From assembly GCA_951406725.2 (NCBI GenBank), contig OX597814.1:46438001-46502000 (forward strand): 64,000 nucleotides of DNA, read 5' to 3'. Source of the DNA: Octopus vulgaris. Lineage: Eukaryota. The notes under the pieces were generated by a model. That model saw nothing but the letters and a program-made list of their open reading frames with translations, made no database searches and was not told the DNA's origin. A program made the position numbers and the translations under genes. Below are positions 41,218 to 53,718 of the stretch, in pieces. Position 1 is the stretch's first letter; every line of letters starts with the position of its first letter.

Positions 41218-42069
41218 ACGAAACTGGTTGACTGAGTGTGTAGATTAATTACTGTTCTTGTATCCTTTGAGTAGTGGTAAAAGGATTGCTGGAAAAAGGA
41301 CAAAAGATGAACTCATTTTGGACACCAACTACTGTTAATGATACAAATGATGATCAGGAAAAATAATACATCCTATGTGCGCTATGATCTTAAGAAAGAA
41401 GGTTTAAATTTAGAAACTAAGATTAAATCATGAAGTTGACAGGCAGAACAATTTCTCTCACTTTCTCTATTTTTGCTTAAGCCATTGATACAAATTTAAA
41501 ACATAGTTTTAAATTAACCATGGGACACTTTATTCATGTGTAACTTTTTAAAATAATAAACAATATAAAAGATGTGCATAAAATTTTGGAAGCCACCATC
41601 AGATAATGTATTTTGAAAGAGTTTGGTATTATGTAGAAACAAACAGAAATATCATTTTAAACAATGAACCACTAGAAATACGTACTAATTTTTTCTATTT
41701 AAATTATCTAATTCATTATTGGTGTGGTGAACTGCTGATTAATAGGTACTTATAATCTTAGCTAATTTTGTACATACTTGGTGGCCACTTTCCTTTATAA
41801 ACAGCTTTAATATACCATATCAATTTAGTTTTAGCCCAGTTACACCTTGACTGATATTTTCTCTGAATTTCAAACAGCTTTGAGTATTATTAAATGCTTT
41901 CAACACAGTTTATGTAATCTAATTTTATGCAAAGTCAAATTGATCTGCAATTCAAAAATATCTTATTTTATCTTATCTGTTTGATAAGCTTATTTGGCTT
42001 TATAATTATTTCTTCTGACTGTTTGTTTAGAGCATTCTTTCATTACTACTAGTTGCCAGGTGAAGGTCG

Positions 42070-42375
42070 TCAAGCTCACAATCATGAAGTAGTGAGTTTG
42101 ATTCCTGGACCAGGCTGTGTTGTGTTCTTGAGCAAGACACTTTATTTCACGTTGCTCCAGTTCACTTAGCTGTAGAAATGAGTTGTGACATAACTGGTGC
42201 CAAGCTGTATCAGCCTTTGCCTTTCCCTTGGACAACATTGGTGGCATGGAGAGGTGGGGCTGGTATGCATGGGCGACTTACTACTGATCTTCCATAAACA
42301 ACCTTGCCCAGACTTCTACCTCGAAGGGGAAATTCCTAGGTGCAATCCCATGGTCATTAATGAACAAAGGGGGTG
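42070..42375 (+). mobile_element. Third SINE family (CORE-like central domain)
   Basis: B-box-like GTTTGATTCC followed by GTGTTCTTGAGCAAGACACTTTATTTCACGTTGCTCCAGTTCAC. An older relative lies at ~43230-43500. Confidence 0.65.
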
Positions 42376-44906
42376 GGGTCTGTTTGAATTTTACACTCAC
42401 AATTATAGATTATACTTAAAATAGACTGCAAGAATTTTGAAAATTAGGTAAAAGCAATGTGAAAAGAAAATCCACTGAAAATATTGCCTACTTTTCAAAA
42501 TTATTCTGAAGTGCATATGTGATTCTCGTTGTAGAAGTGGATTTAGTATACAAAATCACAGTAGCTTAATGTTTTATAGATAATGTTAGTGATAAAGACA
42601 TTGCCATTAAAGTAGGTTCTTGAAATGGTATTAGAGCTAGCTAGAAATTATAGGAATTCTAGATACAGCAATTTCAAATAAAAATTAATTGAAACAGAAA
42701 TCTTTTCTGATATTAGCAACTGGCTGTATTGTCTGTTGATTGACTATAATGTTATGTTTTCAGACTAAATTTTTATAACTTAAAAGAAATAAACAGTTAG
42801 CATTTTAATAGCGTTATTGAGGCAGTGTGAAGGACACCCCAGATATTTGAAATACTTGCAATATGATGGTGTCATCATACAAAATGTGGGACTTACTGGA
42901 GAGAGTAGGCCAAAGTTGGCAAGAAAGCAAAGAAAAGAAGTAACCCAACTAAGCATCTTTCTCCATTTACACTAAAATATTTTGTAGCTGATTAAAATTG
43001 GTTTTTCAAAATTTTTAGTAAACTCTATGAAAAGATAATTTTAAAATTAGTTCATCCATTATCACAATAAATAGAACAAATATCAAGATAAGAACCCTAT
43101 AATTAATGGATTCAGTGATTACTCAGAATGCTTTCTTCACTGTAGCAGCCTGATGACTGTTAAATCTAAAATTGTGTGTAAAAATGTATAAGAATAGTTC
43201 TGGTATTCTTTAAATAATGTAAATAGAGCAAAATAGCCAAGTGGATAAAGTATTGGATTACTAAACTCAGGAGCTGTAACTTCAAATCTACTATAGGCAT
43301 TTCATTATTACTTTAAATAGTTTGTTTTACTCTGTACAACTCAGTTCACCTAGCTGTCACAAATAGATATCAAAACATATCAAAAATAGATATCAAAACA
43401 TGTGTGATAGTTAGCAGCCTATCCACTGGTAGATTTGTCTCTATTCTGTTTAATGCTACATGTATTGCCCTCTGGACCCATGAGGTATATGAACAAAGTA
43501 ATTGCTTTAACTTTTTATATAATGTATTAAAGAAATTGAAGTGGTTGTTGTTAGTCTTGAATTAATTCTGTGAGTGTGTTTATGTGTGTGCATGAGTTTG
43601 TATGACATTTTGATCTACATACATACAGGAAATTTTAAATGCAAATTCTATTATGGTAAGATGATTGAAGGCTAACAGTATTAAATTTTAGATTTGTTTT
43701 TATTAATCCATACACAAAAGGTAGAATAGTATCCCACTTACACTTAAAAACTGGAATGGTTGATTGTGACTAATACATTTAATGTTTAGCGTAGATATAT
43801 TGGACAGACAAGGTATTCCTGAAAAAGACGTTTTAGTGAAGAAGGATTTGAAAATTTCTAATATTCTGTTTAGAAAATTAGCACATTATATGTCAACATT
43901 GGATAAAGCAAGTATGAAATGTTTAAAATTGGGCTGACATTCATTAGACAAGGTCAGAACAGCAGTTTCTATTGAATTAAGGCAGAAGAAACAGAAGGTA
44001 GCATAGTATGCTAGTGCTGGAAAGCAATGTATAGTAACAAATTGCCAATGTGACAAATAGCTGAGGATGAGGAGCTTATGGATGTAAAATTTCTAAATAT
44101 TTTTAGTGTTATATCAAAAAGGAAGGGTATTCTCATAAGCTATAAGGATCTTATAGGACCTAGGCAAATAGGAAAGAAGTGAGGAAGAAGAGAGAGGATG
44201 TGTATGAATGTTTTGAAAATTTGAAACTCTTTTAACTAGAATAAATAATCAGAGTAAATAAACAATAAAATGGCAAGCAAGGATGTGAGGGTTGTTAATA
44301 TGGAGAGTTTATTCATTTAAATAACTATTTTGTATGTTTTCATGGCATCCAAAATTTTAAGGCATCTTTAAACAAAGAAGTTTACTCAAATATTTTTGAG
44401 TATTACAAACTACTCAGGACTGATGCACTTCTTTGTGCCTGAAAAGAAAGTCAGTTTTCTTTGAGACATGTCGTTACTTCAAAACAATAGACATTCAGAA
44501 GCCACGAGAGATTTTTTAAAGTCTTGTCATTTGTTATGAATTGATTTTTAAAATTGAAGACTGACAGAAAAATGCAGATGTCAAAGTTCTTGTTCCTGAA
44601 AGTAACATATGTTATTCTACTAAACATTATCAGTGGAAAAACTTCTTTGTAAAGAGGTAGATAACTGCTGATAATAGCAGTGGATACTGGATAATATTGC
44701 AAGAAATAAATCATTACTGTCCAGCATAATTGTTTATAGAAATAGTAGTGTCTGATATAGAAATATTATGGAGATGTACTTGCATAGCAAGTGACCTGAT
44801 CTGAGATCGTGTGCTGGAATGAAAACAATTGCAGCATGGAAGGTGTTTATAAGCCATTTAAGAAATACACAAAAACCATTAGATTCACTTCAACATTTAA
44901 ATTTAA

Positions 44907-44957
44907 TTTGTCAAAATATTTTCGTCCCTTTGAGACCGTGACCTGTTCACTGACAAA
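44907..44957 (-). ncRNA. Variant type I hammerhead with a G3-C8 swapped core, in a short pLTR-like repeat (~44790-44970)
   Basis: - strand TTTGTCA-GTGAACA-G-GTCAC(GGTCTCAAA)GGGAC-GAAA-ATATTT-TGACAAA: perfect 7-bp stem I, stem II GTC/GAC, palindromic AATATT stem III, triplet UUU. Confidence 0.6.
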
Positions 44958-47900
44958 GTTCCGTGCTGTTAGAAGATATGAGGATTTAAAAAATATAAAT
45001 CTATTGATTAGTTTATGACTGATTGACAGTGAAAATAAAGAAAATAATTCTGTTTGTTATTAATTAGTAAGAATGTAAGTACAATTAAAATATTGGTAAG
45101 CTGATTGACAATGTGCTTATTCTGCATAAACTAAGCTAATTTGTAAAATAAGTATAAATTTGAAAGATAGTTCTTATCAAAAAGTAATTTTAATACATAA
45201 ATTATGAATTTAAACTTTCATGTTAAGCATGTTTTTTTAAAATCTGGTAAGAGGAAGCAAATAAAATATCAAAAAGCATCAAAATAGAATCAGTCAGTCA
45301 TTTATTAGACTGAATAAAGTAAAAAGATCAATAAGGCATACTTATTCACTTACAAAAATTTGAATAAAGTATCATACTACAATTTGAGATTGAATTAACT
45401 ATACAAAAAAAAAGTAACATATGCTATATTTCAAAGATGATAATTTTTATTTAAAATCCAGCTACATTGATTTAACCTCTGCATTTATAGACATTTATTT
45501 TACCTATATTTTACATTAATTACACCAGTCAACGATTTTCAAACAAATGTCTAAGTACAAACATAAAAAATGAAATGATATACATTTAAACTGCTTCATG
45601 TGGTGAATGCAACAGATGGAATGGTAATTTCATTTTTTAATTTTTTTTATTAAGTGATCATTACCTTTCACACCTATTACTTTCCTGTAGTTGAAAATAT
45701 ATTTCAATTTTTTTTTTTTTTCTTATATGTTATATTCTTTGAATATGTTAGTTACTTAGCTAAATGCACTTCAGCTACTGATTAGAGAGTGAAGAAACCT
45801 TTAAAAGGTAGTAAACAATTATATATTTTTTTATAAATGGAATATAACAAACTAGAAACCGTTTATGCTTTGATATTTTTTATATGTTTATTCACTTACT
45901 TATAAAATATACTACTCAAGTACAATCCAACATTTTAATTATATATTTGCATATGTAAAGATGAGATCATCTGTCTATTTTATGCCAGAGGTATCTAAGG
46001 GAAAAGGTTAAATATTCCATTATTCTCTTTATGGAAAAGTCCTAAAACAGTTACTGATATTAGCCTACATAGAAACTTAAGCAATTGAAAAGGCAAGCAA
46101 ATCAGTATCACACTTATAAGTGCCAAACTCAAGACTATATTACTGAGTGAACTGAGAAGGGAGCTTCAACGTGGTTGCTCTCTGCTAGAAATAGCTGTTA
46201 AAGCACCCTTAATTCACACCCTACCATTGTAGTAAAAAAAAACATTGGATAATGTTATCCTATAAACACTGTCTGAGAAAAAAACAAACTGGTCATGGCT
46301 GGAGCATTCTTAATCATAACACTAATTAGGGTAAGCACAGTGTTAAACAACAACATATAATAAATACTAAAGGATCTTATAGACAACACTATTGCTGGAC
46401 AATTAATTATCTAGATAATATTCCTAACCTGTCAACAATTACTAAATCATCCATTCTATGATGAATACAAAGTGGATTATGAATTTCTCACCCTAATATA
46501 CATAAAAATCTAACGGATTAGTAATAGTAACTGAAATGGATGCCTATAGGTTCATTAGTTTAGCATATATATTAATGAAAATACACTGTATGATTACTGC
46601 TCTTTTTCTACCTTACTGTAGTCTATAGGTTAAAACTTGTACAAAACTTTCATATAAAATCTTTCATAAAAGTAGAACTGTTAATCAGAACTTGAGACTT
46701 GCTCCTTTTATTTTTTTTTCTTCAATTTTAATTGGTGCTTGTAATTGTAAGTTCTATTTTGTATAGTACTTAGTATAAGAGTAACACAACTCATTAAAGA
46801 AATTGCTTTCCTATGTTTTTCATGAAAAACATATATTGTGAACCTACATTCTCAATGAAATTAAGATAGTTAAGCAGAATAAAGAGAGATTCTTCCTATA
46901 CCTAAAATAATCTTCATTGTGTATGCATGTGTGTGAATAAAAAATACAAGATTAATGAAGAATTCTAGATAATTAAATAGTTGAAATATTATTTATATAA
47001 TTTCAAGACAGATCTTCAACATTATTTACAAAATATTTGAGATAGCAATGTAATCTTTAAAAAAATGTCTTTTTTTTTTGCATTCTAAGCAGAAATGTTT
47101 TTTAAAAATATTTTTATGCTTGTACAGAATGTTAATTCATTTTAACCCAGGTATTCATAGCATTTATTTTTCATTACTGGCATAGTTTTAATAAGTCCAT
47201 AATATAGTTTTCTTTTACTTGTGATGTATATGAATGTGTGTGTGTGCACACACAAACCTAATAGATGCAAGCATAATTGTATGTTTAAGAAGTTTGTTTT
47301 GCAACATGATAGTCCTTAATTCAATTCTACTGCATAGCATCAATTAGGTAAGTGTCTTCTGATATAGCCTCAAGTTTACAATGCCTTCTGAGGGAAATTT
47401 GCAGAACAAAATGCTTACACACACAAAAAAAAAAAAAAAAAATTAAAAAACAGTGGATAAGTTCACAATCAATATTAAGGCTTAAACCACAAAGAAATGG
47501 AAAGAGGTACTTGTTATAATGTTTCCAACATTGTACTTCTTCAAATGGTGAAAAGTAGGGAAGAAAAACATAGAGAAATAGAAAAAGAAAAGGGAAAATG
47601 TACCTTGTGTTTGTATGTGTCTGTCTCTATATCTGTCTTTACATTGATGCCACTTACAAAATGGTATGCTCATGTGCAACAAATAGGAATTGCTAAAATA
47701 AGTACTAAATATAAAAGTAAGCACTAGTGTTGACATGATTGACTAAAACCTTTCAGAGTGGTGGCCCAGTGTGAATAAATTAGATGCTGTACTTGTGGTC
47801 TAAAATTTATAATTTTAAATCTATTTTAATATGATTTTTCTAAATTGTTTGCCAAGTTAACCTAGTTGAGAAAGAGTTATTATTTCTTTTAGATATTTAG

Positions 47901-48177
47901 TAATGAAAACGTTTGCTACAAGACTTCATATAAATATCTCTATATGCAAAGCCAATTAGTCTATGTTTACATGGAAAAGAAAAACAGATGTAAGAAATAT
48001 ATAAACAAATGAGATCTTCAAAATTTGTTTGGAAAACCTGATTTAAACTTTGTCTTGACCTACCATTTAGTTTAAAGATGTGAAAAAGTAGAAAATATAT
48101 TAAAATTTTAACTAAATTTACTATGCATGCCAAAAATATATCTTAACCCGCTCTAGTTAGATCCTGTTCCCAATGAT

Positions 48178-48568
48178 ACTCTCTCTCTCTTTTTTACTCT
48201 TTTACTTGTTTCAGTCATTTGACTGCGGCCATGCTGGAGTACCACCTTTAGTCGAGCAAATCGACCCCGGGACTTATTCTTTGTAAGCCTAGTACTTATT
48301 CTATCGGTCTCTTTTTGCCGAACCGCTAAGTAACGGGGACGTAAACACACCAGCATCGGTTGTCAAGCGATGGTGGGGGGACAAACACAGACACACAAAC
48401 ATACACACACACATACATATATATATCTACATATATACGACAGGCTTCTTTCAGTTTCCGTCTACCAAATCCACTCACAAGGCATTGGTCGGCCCGAGGC
48501 TATAGCAGAAGACACTTGCCCAAGATGCCACGCAGTGGGACTGAACCCGGAAAGATGTGGTTGGTTAG
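48178..48568 (-). mobile_element. Young family A SINE lacking ~30 nt of the head (decayed + copies at ~47265-47770 and ~48825-49160)
   Basis: Near-identical to 1636-1990. Confidence 0.92.
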
Positions 48569-50249
48569 ATATATATTTACTTAATTTTCCATAGTAGGTG
48601 ACCTATTTCTCTTGTTCAGTATTTACTGAAATCTTTTTACATTAATTCATTGCTCTCATATATTTTTTGATACAATAATTGCTACCAGTTTGACAATAAA
48701 ACTTTAAAACTATTACATGCTTCTACTAATTTTGAGACATTGTTTTCAAAATTTAGGGGTTTTCTTTCTTACTTTTCTTTCTTACTCAACTAATTTTTTT
48801 AATTTATTTTTAGAATGTCTACCTGGCATGACTGTGTGGTTAAGAAACTCACTTAGTAACTACATGGTTTTGGGTTCAGTCCAACTGTGCGACACCTTAG
48901 GCAAGTGCCTTTTACTATAACCTTCAGACAACCAATGCCTTATGAGTCAATTTGATAGAGAGAAACTGTGTGGAAGGCCATTATATATTTTTCCCTACCA
49001 CTGCCTGACAACCAATGTTGGTTTGTTTACAAACCTGCAACTTAGCTGTTCAGCAAAACTGTTAGAATAAGTACTGGGGATTGATTTGTTTGACTAAACT
49101 CTTCAAAGCAGTACCCCAGCATGGTTACAATGCAGTGACTGAAATAAGAAATAGATAAAAGGTAAAAACTGTTCATACTTGAAGTATAAGAATATACAAA
49201 ACCAGTACCTTTGAAAAAAGGGCCATGAGAGCAATTTTTCAAGGATTTAAAAAAAATTATCATTTTTATATACTCACTTAGGCTAACATTAGAGAGTAGA
49301 AATAAATATTCTTTGAGTCAAGTGTAATGCTTTTAATTAGAAGTTGATTTGTTTCTCTTATTTGAATTGCTGTTTCTTTCAAGACAGGAACACACTTCTT
49401 TACACCCTTCCTTAGTATCAGAGCTAAGTTAAATGATTAAATGAAAAGTTTATTTTACTTTAGTTGTTTGGAGACACAGTCTGTTTATGCTTCTCCACTA
49501 AATAATTGGAATACTGATTTAAAGAATATTTTTTAGACTGTTGATTTGATTCTTGCCTGAGGCTTACTAACAGATCATTATAAATGAATCGTCATTAATC
49601 CTACTAAAATATATCAACTCAACAAAACCTACTAAATCTTATAACCATTGCTTCTGAAATATTTAAGGTTCTTTATTGACATGTACAATGTCACCAACTT
49701 AAGATGTCCTAATAGGGATCCTTGCCTTTCTCTGGCGAAATTTTCCTTGGTGTCTTTCTGTTATTTGAGATAATGACTTTTCTATAAAAGTTATCTGCTA
49801 TTTCCAATCAACCATCAAAAGATATAAAGATAAAATGTTGGTGTAAAAATTCTGAACTAAATTTATTGTAAGTTTGTGAATAAATTTTTATTTGTTTGTT
49901 GAATTATGTTAACAAAGAGACTACCCAATACATATCACACTATTGTGAGTTCTTTTCACGACAAGCCATGTGAAATTCATATTCTTACACCTTTACTACA
50001 ATATTTTGTTAATTTTATGGCTTGTTTATATTTATAAGGCATAGATAGAAATTTTGCTGCAACTAGTTCTGTTCTGTTATATTCCTTTAGTTATTGAAGC
50101 ACCAGTTTAACATTTTCTTCACACAGTAACTATTTCTGAAATGTGCCTGTGATAATGTCATCATTATTAAAAGCTGAGTGTTCAGCCCACAATTCATCTG
50201 TTGTAGAGTCTGCACCACAAAACCTGCAATGTATTCTTTTCATTAATTC

Positions 50250-50600
50250 AACCTTTAACTTTGCTTTCACCTTTAAGTGTGAGGACAATTATACCTTCTT
50301 TTAAATTTTTAGTAAGTTTACCACATGCAAAGAAGTTCTGGAAGAGTGCTTTTTGGCAAAAGTTTTTTGCATGGCTTTAAAAGAATCACTGAAATACTGT
50401 CAGGTCCCCATTGCTGAGTTTGAGATCATCTCATCAGTAGCTGATATTGTGTCCTCTTTTTTACCAATGTAATCAACAGTTGCTTCTTTTGAGAGTCTAA
50501 GTTTGTTTTCTCTCACTGTCATTAATTTGTTTATCTAAATTATTTGAGATCTTTATTCTTCATCTCATAACAACTCACCTCTCTTGAAGAAGCATGTTTT
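50250..50600 (-). mobile_element. Highly decayed CR1-group LINE fragment (RT N-terminus)
   Basis: VDYIGKKEDTISATDEMISNSAMG...KEGII resembles [25 protein letters not shown]...KEGKI of the 916-aa ORF. Confidence 0.6.
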
Positions 50601-51279
50601 TGTGTGTATCAGCTGTTCTCTCAGAGACAATGTTAATGCATTCATCATCATCATCATTTAATGTCTGTTTTCTATGTTGATATGGGTTGGATGATTTGAC
50701 AGGAACTGGTGAGCTGTAAGGCCATGTTAAGCTCCAATGTCAGTTTTGGCATGGTTTCTATGGCTTGATGTCTTTCCTAATGCCAACCACTTTATAGAGT
50801 GTACTGATGAAGGACACCCAAAACCGGGTAAGATGGTGTGAGGGCAGTTGCTCTGGAATTGAGGTAGATCCAGCCACCCCCATTAATGGGGACGAAATCT
50901 GGATTCAAAATGATGGATGATGATGATTGCTTTTTTTTCTGTGCCACTGGTGCTATCAAGGTTCCCATGTAACTTGCTAGACAAGAAAAGAAAAGTCCTT
51001 TTCAACCAAATGTGGTGAGAGTAGTATATGAGACGGGGAGGAGCAATGGTTCTATGCCATGTGATGGAAGAACAAGCCCAAATGTCTTGTGATAGAGATA
51101 CATGGCCACCCCATGTTATATAAGGTTAGATGGGAATTGCTGGAAAGCTGAAAAGAAGACAGAAATGAGATGCAGTAGTATCTCAAGACAGTTGATTGTA
51201 GAAGGGGTTAGAGGAAGATAGCAGGGAAAAGATGGGGGTAGAAGTGCATGTAGCTAGTGATGGTGAGAGATATAGTATT

Positions 51280-51505
51280 GGCCAAATTTCTTTCATAATC
51301 TCTTTTTGAATTGATTTCCAGTTAGCTTTGTATGAGTTCAAGCTAGACAGAGTTTGGTTGCATCCTGTGTGATATATATCTTAAGTAGTTTTGAGCCACA
51401 TATTGTTAGTTCTGTTATGTTGAGGCTTAAGAATATCCTTGGTGACACTTCCATGTTGTGGATAAGTCTCTTGTTATTAGTGAAACATAGGTCTAAGATG
51501 TGTGT
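51280..51505 (-). mobile_element. Decayed CR1-group LINE fragment (endonuclease C-terminus)
   Basis: [29 protein letters not shown] versus [32 protein letters not shown]. Confidence 0.8.
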
Positions 51506-51602
51506 GTGTAAACTTTTAGTGGAATTGAAAGATTGGTTATGAATTTGTAACAAAATATATTTGTTTATAATGTTTGACTTTTTTTTTTTTTTTTTTTTAC
51601 AG

Positions 51603-51675
51603 TCTAGGCTCAGAAGCCATTTCAGTCAACTAGAGTTTTGTGAAGGAAACTTGCAACTTTGGCCTGAAGCAAAAC
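51603..51675 (+). other. Probable 73-nt internal exon of an unidentified host gene
   Basis: Branch-like TTTGAC, poly-T tract and ACAG acceptor (AG 51601-51602); canonical GTAAGT donor at 51676. One frame is open (SRLRSHFSQLEFCEGNLQLWPEAK). Product not recognised; could be UTR or non-coding. Confidence 0.6.
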
Positions 51676-51984
51676 GTAAGTTGATAATTATTTGATTAAA
51701 TTCATTATTAGATTTTTTTAAATTCAATTATTTTTGTTCAGTTTTTGTTACTATATGTATTTTAATGAATATACTCTACCAATATATGTAAGCATATATG
51801 CTTGCAATAGAGTGTTTTTTAAATGTGTGTTACAGTGAACATCAATGTATTATGAATGAGAGTTGGAAGGTGCTGAAAGAATTGAGATTTCCAGTCTACA
51901 ACTGAAGGATGAAATGTGTGTAGAGTATTATTGTTTATGTATATATATTCAAGCTTGTATGTGTGTATATATATCTAAATATAA

Positions 51985-52016
<32 letters not shown>

Positions 52017-52075
52017 TAAGAAGATAAGAAAATAGAGAGATTAATTAATAATTATTTATTAATTAAAAAATTAGG

Positions 52076-52163
52076 CAACATCTGACAGCTGTTTCGATTC
52101 CAGACCTTTAGAAATATATTACCATAATTAAAGTCATTTAAAAGTCAGATCTCATCAGAGTTG
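52076..52163 (-). ncRNA. Type I hammerhead ribozyme with long stem II, in an AT-rich pLTR-like segment (~52016-53040)
   Basis: - strand CAACT-CTGATGA-GAT..GACTTTTA...TAAAGGTC..ATC-GAAA-CAGCT-GTC-AGATGTTG: intact core, palindromic ACAGCTGT stem III, GUC cut site between 52084 and 52083; stem I is bulged. Confidence 0.75.
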
Positions 52164-53089
52164 GCTAAAGATATACAATTAGATGTTCATATTCCTGCTT
52201 GTTGAGAATATGGCTCCACACCTTTAACTGATAAAATTTATATATAAAGAACACAGTATAAACCTTACAGAGGAGAAGAAGGTAGTATATTTATTGGAAT
52301 TATAATACAAGTAAGAATAGAACAATATATCCTTCTAGGGTGTTTAAATGAAAGAAAATGCAAAAGTAGATATATGAGTATAATCGTAATATATTACAAT
52401 GTATTATGCACCGATACTAATGCTATAGATAAGCAGTGTGTAAAATAATATTAGTAAACTGATAAGATATAAGTGAATAAAATAGAAATAAAGTATAAAT
52501 TGAATTAAAAGTAAGGGGGAAATCCATAAAATAGCTTATAATTACAGATTAAATGTGTATACAATCAAAATAACGACAATAGTTAAAGGTGCATTCTTTT
52601 GGATGTATTATAATATATAATTAAATACTATAGAGGTGAAAATGCAAAAAGCCTAAAATAAAATAAAGTAACTTAATAACATACGATATAGTATGTTATT
52701 GCATAGTCAAATGATTGTTTATGTAACCAGAAACATAAACAGAATGCAATACGGAGCAAATGTATATAAATAATATTAGTAATTAATTTTAGGTAAATGA
52801 CATTCTAAAAGATTTGTTACACTTAGTAATTACCTAAGGAGTTAAGTAACTTAAAAGTTGGAAGAACTTAATGCTGGGGTTAATTAATATATATTTTTAT
52901 TATTATATATATGGTTATGCTTGGAAGTCTATTAATTTCAAAAATGTTTAATATAGATAGAATCAGATACTATATAATTATGGGTAAGCAGAAAAAATAG
53001 AATATTTTAATAATAAAAAAAATAGAAATAAAAACATTTTATTAGAGTCCATCACTCCTGAGACTAATATTGAGTCGTCCAATTCAATA

Positions 53090-53340
53090 TGCATGGAAGG
53101 GTAGCACATCTTTAAAATGAGCAAATATGGTGAGCTGACAAAGCAGCTAGGGAGTGAGGATTACTACTGTACTGTGAAACTAGTTCATGTTGGATTGTGA
53201 GGATTCAGGGTTGCATCAACCTGTCATCTACTCAGGCTGTTGGGTATCAAAGGCCACAGAAGAACTGCCACAATCAAACAGCTGTCTGACGTTGCTCAAT
53301 GTGGATGCGGGCAAAGAGAGAAATGACCAATGGACCTAGT
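53090..53340 (+). mobile_element. Remnant of a restriction-like-endonuclease non-LTR element (HERO/R2-group-like C-terminus)
   Basis: KMSKYGELTKQL...KLVHVGL*GF...STCHLLRLLGIKGHRRTATIKQLSDVAQ matches the K..KY..L...VEVGCRGF....LL..LGI.G pattern recalled for this group. Confidence 0.65.
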
Positions 53341-53718
53341 TATGGGTTTTATTGGTTATATACAGGAAGAGAACTAGTTCCTTCGTTGGTCAGAGTGGTC
53401 TAGTAGGCTGAAACACAGACCTGGGAACACAAGTTCACAAAAAGAATGACCAAGGTTCAAATCAGGGTTTTGGAAAGCAGCAGGAGGACACCTAGGAGTC
53501 ATGACCTGGGTGGGCCTGGCTTCCATAGAGTGTCAGGTATAAGGGCCAAAACACTTGTTGAATGGGAGTTCTTCCTCTGAAAATGTCTCCTGCTGTGTGC
53601 TCGCCTTGCGGTAAGTTTCTGTTATTGCTCTCCCCATGGCCAGATATATTTTCAAAGAATATTAGAAATGAATAACACTGCTTGCATGACAGTGACACTC
53701 ATTTACAGCTATTACGTA

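Noticed and set aside
50803-50927. + strand CTGATGA...GACGAAATCTGGATTC motif
   Set aside because: Stems I and II do not pair. The segment looks like a nested LINE 3' tail (CCCCATTAATGGGG hairpin plus (GAT)n).
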